In this document: piece by piece, positions 1 through 11,900 of the stretch | Layout of the letters: each line of letters begins with the position of its first letter | How positions within the stretch are numbered: position 1 is the first letter of the stretch | NCBI GenBank assembly: GCA_028023455.1 | Contig: JAQFVV010000007.1 | Span: 14,198,001 to 14,262,000, forward strand | Origin: Epiperipatus broadwayi | Lineage: Eukaryota > Animalia > Onychophora | Reading direction: 5' to 3' | Length of the DNA: 64,000 nucleotides | Notes under the pieces: model-generated | The model's database searches: none | Seen by the model: only the letters and a program-made list of their open reading frames with translations | What the model was told of the DNA's origin: nothing | Made by a program: the position numbers and the translations under genes

Positions 1-539
1 ACACTAATATATATTATTTTCTTTTCCTTTTTTCCAAGTTTTACTATCAAATGAATGCAAACAAGCAAAATTATTCTAAAGATAGGTGCAAAAGAGGGAT
101 TTAAAGTTGAAGCACAAAAGTGTTCTCACAGTACTTCATAAAGCACTAATTATAATTCTTAATATATTAAGAAATATTGTATTTATAGTTATAAATAAAG
201 TGTTGTGAATTTACACATACTTAAAAGCATTCATAATCTTTTATCCAGAAGCTCAGTATTGAGATACAATTCAAGTCTCATATTACCTAAAATTATTTTT
301 GATGCTTTAGTGTAAACATGATTTAATACTTTCTTGAACTGTGTATTAATTCTTTTCATATTTTAAGATTTCTGGTACTATGAAACATTTATGAAAAATA
401 GAGAATGAAAGTATCACAAAATTATATACTAATATATTTTGTCATTTTAAAACTGAACTTTTTTAAAAAAAATATTTTGAATGGGGTAAAAATTCAATAA
501 TAATTTATAATTATATTTAATGCTGAAATTAATGAATAT

Positions 540-830
540 GTTCTGGAGAAGGTAGTTACAAAAAGACAACTATTGGAAATGGCAAAATGATACAAATTGT
601 AGTAATTTGGACATGTAGCAAAGCAAAAGAAAAGGTTGATATGTTTGGTATGATGAAGGAATCAAGATGAAGAGTATGACCAAGATTGTTACAGATAGAT
701 ATCATTGCAGAATGGATGGAATTGATAATACAAGAGACATATAGAAAAGCAGGGGGAAATATTTTGGAGGCAATTCATCCACACTGTAGTTCACTGTTGG
801 ATCACTGGTTGAGTGAGGTGATGGTGAATA
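540..830 (+). mobile_element. Decayed RTE-clade LINE 3' fragment
   Basis: Stop-interrupted translation YKL**FGHVAK resembles the RTE C-terminal KLxYFGHxxR motif; purine-rich sense strand. Confidence 0.5.
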
Positions 831-1329
831 TTTAGTTCTGCTTATTTAAATTTTTTCTGTTAAAATTATTTATTTATCATATGTCATTGAACAATATGAT
901 TTAATGGTAGGGATATATAAAATGTGAAAAATCATTTTGTATTTGCATCTGTTATCATAATGACATCAATAGAGAACTAAATAGCATTATGTCAGTAATT
1001 TGATTTTAATATATCTTTCTGATATATTTCTACATTTATGCTGTTAGAATAAGTAATGTCAATTTCCTTTCATTCCTGATCAAGTTTTATTTTTTGATTG
1101 TGATATACTCCAACTAACCAACACGGCAAAGAACTTAATACATTCTAAATCAAACAGAAGATAGTTACTTCAAAAAATAACAAATATATTGTTTTATACA
1201 TCAAAAAAGGAAATCAAAGTATTTAGAAAAAGTTATATGGCATGTGCTTTATATGCATTATTTTATCCTATTACATATGGATATGTGTCTAATAAGATAA
1301 TGAATAATGCAGATGAGATGTAAAATAAA

Positions 1330-1860
1330 CCAAGAGCAGCTCTCAGCATTAGTGTCATCTTCTGTGAATTTTAGCAATCAGTGATTACAGAAATTTTAAT
1401 GCATTTAAATCCATATAGATGAGTTTCTGCCTTTTGCCTTTATCAGTGAATTGTGGGATTCAATGTTAGAATCAGTAAAGTTAAGTGTTCCATGGCTATT
1501 TTATCTCCTTTTAGTATTCAATCAAAAAATCTAAACTTTAAATTATCCTGTTTTTGAAGTGGAGTCAGACCTATATAATTGTTCAAGTAGAAATTCTTGG
1601 GGTTCAAATCATTTGGCTGATATAAATTTTATTTTTTTTACCTGAATGATAAAATAGAGTTAAAATAGTGGTGGAATGCTTGTTGTTTCCAACTTTGGAT
1701 CAAACGGACATTGATGAAGGCTAAAACCAAAATTACCCAGGTAATGATATTTAATGGCAATAAAGTGATTAATAATCAAAAATTACTCAAGTTTACAGTA
1801 GATAATACTACAATGGAAGCTGTTTTTATGTTTATCATATGCAGTCTAGAGAATTACATG
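1330..1860. repeat. Old degenerate foldback, probably derived from PLE RT sequence
   Basis: Reverse complement of about 1330-1550 aligns with about 1620-1860 (aaaaggagataaaatagccatggaacactt vs aaaatagagttaaaatagtggtggaatgctt). Minus arm reads KQDNLKFRFFD*ILKGDK...TLNFTDSNIESHNSLIK, similar to the PLE RT thumb. Confidence 0.45.
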
Positions 1861-2454
1861 ATCTGCAGTTATTACATACACAAAAATACATTTATTCTTT
1901 TCAAAATGTTCAATATTTTTTTGATTTATAATTAGTAAGTAACTTTCTCATCTGTTATGAAAAGCTATGATTAGATCATGGAAATGACTTTTCTATTTTT
2001 TTAGCCTTTTCCTTACATTGATGAATCTTTCAATAATCAGTTGTATATTCTATACTAAGGATGAAATAGCTAATAATGTATCCACACACTAGGAAAAAAT
2101 ATATAGATATATGAATGTTTGTATTACAATGTTCTCATTTAACAGTAATGACATATCTTTTTCCATATCTACAAATTGAGCAAGAATCTGAATTTATATA
2201 GTCTATAATTATTCCAGATTATAGCCAATCTTACAATTGCTATTTCAAGTACTGGCCCACAGCCAATCCAGATAAGTATTCAATAATATATGACAGATTC
2301 TTGGCTAGTTGATGAAATACCCTTAAGTTCTTATCACTTTGCAATTGGAAAACTTAATGAGTAGAAGTAAAGATACTATATCTAGGTGAAAGCATATAGA
2401 AAATGGCTTTGCCCTGCAGTGGATTTTTAAAATACTATTTTATATTTAACTTCT

Positions 2455-2590
2455 GCCCTATGTGTTTTAGTGAAGTGGTAATGTAACAGCTTTTGAGCAT
2501 AAGGTCCTTGGATCAGTTCCAGTTCCAGCACTTAAACTACTTATGAACTTCCAGGAAAGAAAGTCAATCTATTATTTATTTATTAGATAT
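2455..2590 (+). mobile_element. tRNA-headed SINE family Q, degenerate copy
   Basis: A-box-like agtgaagtggtaa followed by the family core aactacttatgaacttcc. Confidence 0.45.
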
Positions 2591-3454
2591 ATTCAAATTA
2601 CAAGCTAATTATCTTTATTGGGAGAGAGATATACTGATCTAATATTATATATTTGTATATACCATATTTAATGCAATGTAAAGGTGTTTTTATGCTAACA
2701 TAGCTAGCAATATAAAGTCAGTAGGTGTGTCAGGTTCATTAAATCTGGTATGGAATGTTTTATTTTAAAAACATGTTTTAATTATTATTTACTGCATTGT
2801 CTTTCATAATTGCAAAATTTTAATAGTGAATCATTAATTCTTTTAATCATTTCTGAAATTCATGATTCATTCTTTATATGTTTGTTCTCTATTATAGTTT
2901 TATGCTTTTAAAACCATCAAACTAATGCCAACAATAATCCCAAAACTCCAGATTGCAATGTCACATCTAAAAGACTATTCTTTATATCTATGATAGCTTA
3001 AACCAATAAATATTACATTAATCAGAAATATGGAAGCTCAAGATGTTTATGATCACCAGAGAATGTTTGACTCATCACCAACAACCACTTTCTGATGAGT
3101 ATGGCTATTACAATTCCAAAAGATAAAGATCAAAAACATTCAAAATAATAATAAAGCACTAAAATTAAGCTGTGAGTTTAAGTCAAACGTATCTCATAGG
3201 ATTATATTTTATCTTTTGTTTTTTATATTTAACTTTATATATTAGACAACAGTCTTTTATTTCCATGTAGTATTATTTGTAGATGCTTCTATTTTATCCT
3301 TAAAGTTATTAAAATCAATAGAGGTTCTATCCTCAGATAGTTAATAATTCTACTGAAATGTGTATCATATCTGTTTTTATGTATTGTATATACAGAATTC
3401 ATTACTAATTGTATGTATGGATTATTAAAACCTTTTAATGAATCTCTGGAATTA

Positions 3455-3760
3455 CTTGTAGGTTTTTATAAAATTCCTCATATACACTCTAATGCAATTT
3501 TTATAATTTTTCCTTTAATTTTCTAACAGTTCTGACTGTCCTGCAGTCTTCATCAGAGCTTTTTATGACCTTCTTTCTCTCTTTTTAAACTTATAACTCT
3601 TAAATTTATAATTAGTTATAAACTTAAAAAGGAGGGAAAAGGGTATAAAAAGCTCTGATGAAGACTACAGGACAATCAAAACTGATAGAAAAATAAAGGA
3701 GGAATGATAAAAATTGTATTACAGTGTATATGATGAGTTTTATAAATATATATGAAAAAA
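3455..3760. mobile_element. PLE-type foldback with divergent hammerhead motifs (family A)
   Basis: Arms about 3455-3590 and 3622-3760 are reverse complements. Each has ctCTGATGAagactgcaggacagtc(g)aaactgt (3523-3558 minus, 3653-3688 plus). Same family as 25595-25840. Confidence 0.8.
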
Positions 3761-4299
3761 TGAAGAAATGCAAAGGAAAAGATATAAGAATTACTTTTAG
3801 GGCAATAACACAACTCTGACGCAATCTAAAACCCAAAGTATATTTTACACAATAATAATATAAAAGATTTGGCTTACTCATGTTACAAACATAATGTAAG
3901 ATGTTACAAGATAATCACAGGCTAGATTCTCAAATCATCATGTTAAATGAGCTTGTAAATAATATACACCCTTTTTTTGTATCAATTCCCATCTATTTTG
4001 TTTCATTAAAGATGATTGGACAAAGTAGACTGACACTGATATAATAAAAAATGCAGATATTATTTACAAGTTCACTTAAAACAATTCTTCAATAATATAG
4101 CTTGAGAAATGTCTTAGTAATGTATTCCAACTTGTTTGTTCTTCCATGACTAGATTTAAATTCACACCATTACATATTTGATAAATCATAAAATTATTTG
4201 TGCTCATTAAAATCATTAAAATTTGATTTTTATTAATGTGTTTAATCATTTTTGTTTATTATAATTAATTGTTTCTAATTATGGATATTCTTTATTTGA

Positions 4300-4890
4300 C
4301 TTTAGGGTTCAAGGTCTTTGAATCCTGATCCATTTCTCAAACTTCTTATGAATACCTGAGTAATAAAACCATTTAAATGAGTATTTATGTTTATGAATAA
4401 TCTGCTCCTTGGTTGAATTTCTTATGAATTCTTGAGTATAAAAAATTATTTTATTATTATATTCATTATATGATCTCCACTCATTCTTTGAACTTTTTAG
4501 GATTTTTTATTACTATTTAGGTTTGCTTAATCACAATTCCTTGTTTCAACTTCTTATAAATTCTTGAGGAATAAAATGCTTTAATTATTGTTTTAGATCT
4601 AAGGCTCATGAATTGTTAAATTCTGATTCACTGCTAAATCTTCTTTCAAACTCCTGAATAATAAAACCATTTAATTATTATTTTTAAGTCTAGATCATGG
4701 CTTATTGTTTGAACTCCTTATGAATTCTTGAGTTATAAACCATCTGATTATTATATTTGGTCTATGATCATGGTGATCATAGCTCGTTGGTTGAGCTTCT
4801 TATGAACTCCAAAGTAATAAAACCATTTGACAATTTATTTTACATCTATCAATCTAGGCTTGTTGAGTCCCGAATTATTGATCAACTTTC
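4300..4890 (+). repeat. Degenerate tandem array (about 8 units of 60-100 bp) of the SINE-Q 3' core
   Basis: aacttcttatgaa(c/t)tc(c/t)tgagtaataaaaccattt variants near 4340, 4415, 4490, 4548, 4637, 4710, 4793 and 4883. Confidence 0.75.
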
Positions 4891-5668
4891 TTGATGTGAT
4901 GTATTTGGTTTTTTCTTAAACAAAGTCAAGAATATCTCAGCAATTATGCCCAGATAAACCTGTTAGCCACTTTATTTTCCATTCCCCACTCTAAGTCTTT
5001 CCATATTCTGCCCCATCCGATTTCCACAACATAATCTTTGTCAACTCTATGGCCTTTATATCTAAATCCCCCTTATCTGTTCACAAACCCAGCATAAAAA
5101 CCAATAACTCACTTTCTGTATAATCACTTTGTTCATATCTATTCTCCCATAACTTCATTATCTGTACCTTTTCTGCTTTCAAGCATTTACATTCAATCAA
5201 CAGGTGCCTAATATTTTCTATACCTTCTTTACACAATTTGCACACTAAATTATCCATGGTTTTCCATTTACATGTATATTCTCTTGTTGCTAAAGATCCC
5301 GTTCGAGCCTTAAATAATAAACTACTTTTTTTACTATTATCATAAATTAACTCGCATGCAATATTCCGTTTACTTCTATATATATTTAAACTCTTCTTAC
5401 TCTCCATACTAGTTCTCCATCTCTCCAACTCCCTATTTTTTATTAATGCTTCTATTCTTTTATCCCATTCCTTACCACTATAACACCCAACAATTCTTCT
5501 AACACAATCATCCCATCTTTTATGCTTGCTCATAACTGTTATTAAAACGGGCAAAACTCTCCATAAAGTAGGGTGACTCAGTAAAAGCCAGAATAATCCA
5601 AGTATATTGAAATAAATTCTTTATCCAAATCTTTCGCATACCGCATTACCTTTCTCACCCATCTTGTT
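4891..5668 (-). mobile_element. 5'-truncated non-LTR retrotransposon 3' end (ORF2 C-terminus with CCHC knuckle; RTEX-like, clade uncertain)
   Basis: ORF 5081-5554 has LLFKARTGSL and CKLC..GIENIRHLLIEC; (acatc)n tail; closely similar copy at 17410-18365. Confidence 0.88.
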
Positions 5669-5884
5669 CATATAAACTCCCAAGTAATATCGCCACCTAT
5701 GGCAGGCATAGCTACAAAAGTGTTTCAATAGTGTCTCTAAAATAATTTTATTTTACAGTGTAATAAGTGATTTTTCAGAAAGCAAAAAGACAAGAATCAA
5801 AGAGGTCTTTTTCCTCTTATATGTATGAATGGAGTTGAGAAATAAATCGGATTACATTGGTTGTAAAAAAAAAAAAATGTTAGT

Positions 5885-7944
5885 ATGGAAAACGAGTTTA
5901 ATGTAGAAACGAACGTTTCACGTTTTTTTTTCCTCATGTGTCATAGAATCAGCAGGAAGCGAACCCGCTAACCCGGACAACTGCTTGTAAAGCAGCTGTC
6001 GCTGACCTCTCGACCACCAGTGTTTGACAACGTTTCACGTTTTGAGTCAGAAAATTATCAAAATAACAAATCCAAATATCAACAAGGAAAAAAAAAACAA
6101 ATTACTAATCAAAATAAAGAAATAAGTGAATATCCAACAAAATTAAAGGATAAAACTGGCTCCAAACAGATCGTAACAAATGAAAACCAATATAGCTATA
6201 TGCTAAGCCTAAAGAATGATGCTAATATAGAATGCGAGTATAATATAGAAACGAACGCTTCTCATTTTGACTCGGAAACATATAAAAATAGCAAAGCAAA
6301 AACTCAAAATGGGAAAAAACAACAGTTTACTAAATAAAGTAATGATATTAGTGAAAAAACAACAAAAATAAATAAAGATTATAACTGTAAACAAACTCAA
6401 AATACAGCATCTTACGCTAACATAACTAAATCGGGAATCACAGCGCAGTTTGAAAACAGCGATATAACACAAAGTATTAATGCAAACACTAATAGATATT
6501 TTAAAAATAGAAACAGAGCAAAACAGCGATCTAAATAAAAACTTCATACAAAAACCAACATTTACAACAGATAATTTCAGTGAACAACAATACAAAGATC
6601 TAGGCATCCAATTTGCAGAGTCAATCCCAACAAAATTATACAAGTCATTAATAAATTACAATAGCGACAAAAACCGGATTTGGGCAATAACAGTCAATGC
6701 TCACTCTACAAGTTCCCAACAGAACAACTATACTTTCTTATAAAAGAAAGAAAGTTAGGAGATGGTATTTATAGAATAGTTACCCACCCAAATGACCGCT
6801 ATATAGCGGTTGAATCTCAACAGAGCAACAACAATAATAGGCACAATAAAAAAACTGCATAAAGGGATTTAACAAAGACCAATTACAAGAAATCTTATAT
6901 CAATATGGAAAAACAACCAAATTCAAATACCTATCAGTAGAGGAAGCTAGCATTAACATCTTATCTAACACAACAACATTTCAATTACTTGTAAAAAAAA
7001 TATGACCCCTACAGATATCCCAACCATTGTTCATTATAAAGGATCACCAATGATTTTATCTCTAAGAGGAGTAAAACATTAGTGTTTCTGCCTCCAATGA
7101 ACTCATCTAATAAAAGGCTGCTTAGACAGAACTTGCCCAAACTGTGGAGGAAGGAAGCATAAATGCAATAAAATCCTGAATCAAGCACAACAAGAAACAA
7201 CAACTAGCATGCCTCAAATTAAAAAATTTAACTTAACCACAGGTATAACAAATGAAGAAATAAACTTAAAGACAACTATAAAAGAACTAAGTACCACAGA
7301 TAATTTAAACATATGCACAAGAAACACAACTATATCTAAGCAAATTAACTTCCAGAGCACAGTAAACTTCCAAACAACAAAACAAAAAAACCTAATACTA
7401 AAAGATAATTTAGAAAATATAGACTCTCCAGAAACAGTAAATACAAATCTAAGAAATATACCTCACAAAATGAATAACAATAACTAACCACAAATACAAG
7501 CTTCAAGTTCAACTAATCCAAAAATAATAAACACAAACCCAACAAGTCTCAAAACACTAAGTCTGTCTAAAGAAACATCTCAACTAAAATCCAAAATAAC
7601 AAAAAAAAAAAAGAATCGAGTCAAAAGCAAATACAAATCTCCAATTCAGAAAATGAAACAGATACCCAAATAGAAGTAGAAACAGAAATGAACACAACAA
7701 ATGAGACCAAATGAAAAAAAAAAGAAAATCAAACTCAATTGATAAAGCAAGTTCAGAAGAAGATACAGCTAAAGGAAAAAAGAATAAACTGGCAAAAGAA
7801 GCTGCAACCAATGAAATAACTTTGTCAACAGAAAATCAAAAAGTACAAAAAAAAAAAAACAGGAAAACCAACACTAATTTATATACTAAAGAATTAGAAA
7901 ATTTATCAATGGAAAATAATAAAACAAACCCCATGGACAACTGA
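5885..7944 (+). pseudogene. LINE ORF1 (gag-like, zinc knuckles), disrupted
   Basis: Removing the SINE at 5927-6028 restores MENEFNVETNVSRFESENYQ. Knuckle-like CFCLQ*THLIKGCLDRTCPNCGGRKHKC at about 7084-7170. Multiple stops and frameshifts. Confidence 0.72.
5927..6028 (-). mobile_element. Young ~100-nt tRNA(Val-TAC-like)-derived SINE
   Basis: A-box tggtcgagagg, arm ctgctttacaagcag, B-box ggttcgcttcc, oligo(A) tail. Perfect 15-bp TSD aacgtttcacgtttt at 5912-5926 and 6029-6043. Confidence 0.87.
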
Positions 7945-8133
7945 CCAAGAAAGCTTAGAGAGGATTACACTAATAGACTCAATTCTAACTAGTAGTGAAT
8001 CAGAAGAATTAAGACTTGATCCACTACTACAAAGCAAATGCACAACAATAACTAATAATAAACATTCAAAAAGTAAAAAACAAATTCAATTAAACAAAAA
8101 TGCAGTGGTAGAGTATAACAATGAAGACTCACA

Positions 8134-11100
8134 ATGATAATAGAACTAAAAATAGCTGCAATTAACATAAGAGGCATTAACTCAATGGAGAGAATACAAG
8201 CAATAGAACATTGGTTTAACAGAAATTCACCTCAAATATTTATGGGAGAAACCAAATTTCACACAAAATCAGATCCAAAAATAAAACTAAAGTTGGAAAA
8301 ACTTGGCTATGTAGAGTTGTCAACAAATTATGCTACTGCAGAATGAATGAGAATTATTATTAACAAAAAAAAAAAACACCAAACACACTCCACACTCTTT
8401 ATATGGATAAAAATGTAATTTGCATAAACATAGACTATCAAGGAAATATCATCAACTTTATATAGACATTTACACAAACAAGGATGGCAATAAATACCAC
8501 AGACTTATAAACATTATTAATATGATATTAGCCAACAACAATCATCCCACAATTATCTTGGGAGACTTCAATACTACCTACCAAGAATTCAACAGAAGAT
8601 ATATACATTTAATAAATGCAGGACTCATGAGTAGGGGTGGTTTATTTCCTGAAAATGCTTTCTCATACTACACAAAACAGCTCAAATCTTTGATAGACCT
8701 ACTGTTCCCCTCAAATGTACTTCCAAATAGAAGCAATATTAGAGCCTGTACCTTTTAGTGACCACTATACCCTAGTGGATAGTCTGGATATGACCAACAG
8801 TTTAACATCAACAGAACCAATTATGATCAGAATGTTAACTAAAGAAGACATGACATCACTTCCAAAAAATAGATACATTATCTCAGTCAGCTGAACAAGT
8901 GTGGTTTGCTCTGATTGGAATCCTTCAGTTATTAATGGTGCATCATACTAGATGAAGAAAAGGCTCAATAATGGTAATAAAAGAACTAGATACATTGAGC
9001 AACCAAATTAAACAATTTGCATCAGAAACAAGCAACATAGAAGAGCTATGCAACTTAAAAAGCAAATACAAAAGTAAACAAAAAGCAATAGCTCAATACA
9101 TTGCCATCAAAAGAGCCAAAGTTTACCTAGAAAATCAGCACTATTGAACTAGAGGCTACTTAAGATGGACAATCGGCCAAAGAAAAAAAACAAAACACTT
9201 CAAGCATAATAAAAATTAACAATGCAGCATATATAGGATCTTCAATTCTTACAAAAATAATGGAATACTTCAAAAATAAATTCCAAGATCCAGAACTATA
9301 TAAAAAAAACAATGAAATAGTTTATACATCACAAGATAATCATGAAATAGTAGAAGATATGATACTAGAAAAACTAAAGTCAATGCCAGACTGTATACAT
9401 ATCAGAATACATGGAATACTGCTATTTATACTCACAGACCTAAATCAACTCACTGTCCCAATAATCCACAAAATGTTAACACATCTAGCATAACAAAAAA
9501 GAAAAATTCCAGGGCTTTATCCAATTGGTATAGTTCCCTTCATAAAGAAAAACCTGCCAACAGATCAATTGGATAATATCAGTCCAATTTCAATGACTCC
9601 ACTACTTATCAAAGTGATGAGGCAGCAATAAAAGACAACATCCAAGATAATATACTATCATAATTGATGCCAGCATAATATGCAAGAAAGGGAGCATCAG
9701 CAATGCTGGCAATGGGTGAAATCAGGATCCTAATGTATGAAGTAAGAAATTACCATAGATCAAAACCAATTGCCATTCAACTTGATATATCAGCAGCATT
9801 TGATGCTATTAGAATCAACAATTTATTAGACAACCTTACAGAATTTTCAATATCAACCCCATTAATTAAAATTATTCACAATCTATTAAACAACAGAGAG
9901 ATAGCCATCACCTTGAATGGAAAAATATCACCAGCATTTAAAGAAGACCTTTCAATCACACAGGGATCCCCACTCAGTGCCATCTTGTTTATGATCTATA
10001 TTAACATATTACTTAAGAATTTAGATCAGAAGATGTCTGGAATATATGTACAAAGACTTAAAAAAGCCATTAGAGTCATAGCCTTTATAGATGATATACT
10101 AGTATTTCTACCCTCAGCCAAGTACTTACCCAAACTCTACAAAATATTGGATAAATTCTCACACAGCTCAGGTTTACAAATTAATACCATCAAGTCAGCA
10201 ACATGAAAAATAATATCAGGCAAAAGGATAAATTTCAGGTTCAAAGCCGAATCTCAAAAATTTCTAGGTTTCAGCATTGCCAAGTCACATACACAGATGT
10301 CAAAAGACATACAAAATAACATTATTCATGACACAGATATACTCACTCAAAAAACTTTCCAGTCTACTTATCTCTACAAGGCAAAGTAGCCCTACTCAAT
10401 ATGAAGATTATGGCAAAAATAAACTATTACCTTCCTATCATCAAGATAACAAAAAAGTTTATCAACAAAATTAATGCACTTTCAGCTAGGCTATTTTGGA
10501 AAGAAAAAACAGCAGCACTAAGCATAAATACCATGCAAAGGTCCAGAAATTACAACAGCATATCGCTTCACTCCATACAAACACTAATATTCCAAAAAAC
10601 TCATAGTATAATTAGTAAGCAAGGCAAAACTCTCCATACAGTAGTGCCACCTTGTGCCAACCAGAGAAATCAATGGATGCCAGAAGGCTTGTGCATAAAA
10701 TCTCTAGCTAGTGCCTACTTATCCAATATCCCCAGACTAGTTTCTGGCTTGTGGCCTTTGTCTGTGAGGAGCCTTGGATCTGAGAGCACTGCACCTAGAT
10801 CTTAGGATCAAATACAACCCTCCAGCAGCCACCTTTTATCTCTACTTAACTACAAAACTATGAAAATTTAAATTGAAAACACAATAATATTTTCAATCTA
10901 AGCTCAACAGCTTATATAGTCATATAGGTCTGAACTCAGTTCAGCACATGGGTCTGAACTCAGTTCAGCACCCATGCATTTTAGTGTCTTTGGCCAGAAA
11001 CTAGTCTGTGGATATTGGATGAGTAGGCACTAGATACGGATTTTATGCACAAGCCTCCTGGCATCCATTGATTACTGTGGTTGGCACAGAATGGCACTAC

Positions 11101-11900
11101 TGTATGGAGAGTTTTGCCTTGTTTAATAACAATTATGTACTGCTAGTATAAGAGATGGTGATCATGTGATATAATTAGTAAGCTAATCAAAGCATCAAAT
11201 TTTCAAAACATTATAGAACCAGTCACACCAACAGACCGACCTCCTCCAAAAAAAAGAGAATTGGATAGACAATATAATAAATAAGCTGAAACTACACACA
11301 ACATTAACAAAACAATTCTTCCAAACAAAACTCACAATATGGGATGCATATGAGATAATATATCCACAAAATAGAATCATCACAGGAAAACTAGAAATAA
11401 CCAATCAAAAAATCCCAAAATTATTTAAATTCTGGGACATGGAACCCAAATACCTGGACTTATTCATAAAAATTAACATGGATTCCATGTCCACCAATCA
11501 GTTTTTAAGACATAAGAGAGGAATATCCAAATAGACCCTATCTGCCCCCTATGCGAAAGGAAAGAAGAGACATTCGAACATTTAATAAAAAATTGCTAAA
11601 GCCTACGAAAAACCAAACAATACATTTATAAAAATTTAAAAATAGATTATTACACAATTTCCTTACTAAAAGCCAGCATCAAAACAAGACAGTTTGCAGT
11701 CATTAGATTGCCTCTATTTATAACAATGGCAATATGTCTAGCAAGGTGTAACAAAGTTTTCAACATTCCTCCGAAGAATGAAGAATCATTTATCAGCAAC
11801 AAAATGACAGAATACCAAAAAAAAAAAAAAAGATGAAAAGCTAACACCACTACAGCGACATATAGAGACATGGAATTATATCAATAATTGAATAAAATAG
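8134..11900 (+). pseudogene. LINE ORF2 (APE endonuclease, RT, CCHC), disrupted
   Basis: APE motifs AINIRGIN, MGETK, ILGDFN, FSDH. RT motifs YxPIS, LDISAAFDAI, QGSPLSAILF, AFIDDI, SGLQIN. C-terminal CPLCERKEETFEHLIKNC near 11540-11600. Confidence 0.92.
10621..11169. mobile_element. PLE-type foldback with hammerhead motifs (family B) inserted in LINE ORF2
   Basis: 14-bp TSD tataattagtaagc at 10607-10620 and 11170-11183. Arms 10621-10750 and 10992-11121 are reverse complements. GAAA-CTAG-TC motif in both arms. Confidence 0.88.

Noticed and set aside
3078-3130. CTGATGA as a hammerhead core
   Set aside because: No convincing stem II-GAAA-NUH arrangement follows.
4300-4890. CRISPR-like repeat-spacer appearance
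   Set aside because: Repeats are degenerate, match a dispersed SINE core, the inter-repeat parts are partly homologous, the context is eukaryotic and there are no cas genes.
6020-11900. Alternative genetic code to explain fragmented ORFs
   Set aside because: All three stop codons and many frameshifts occur, consistent with neutral decay.
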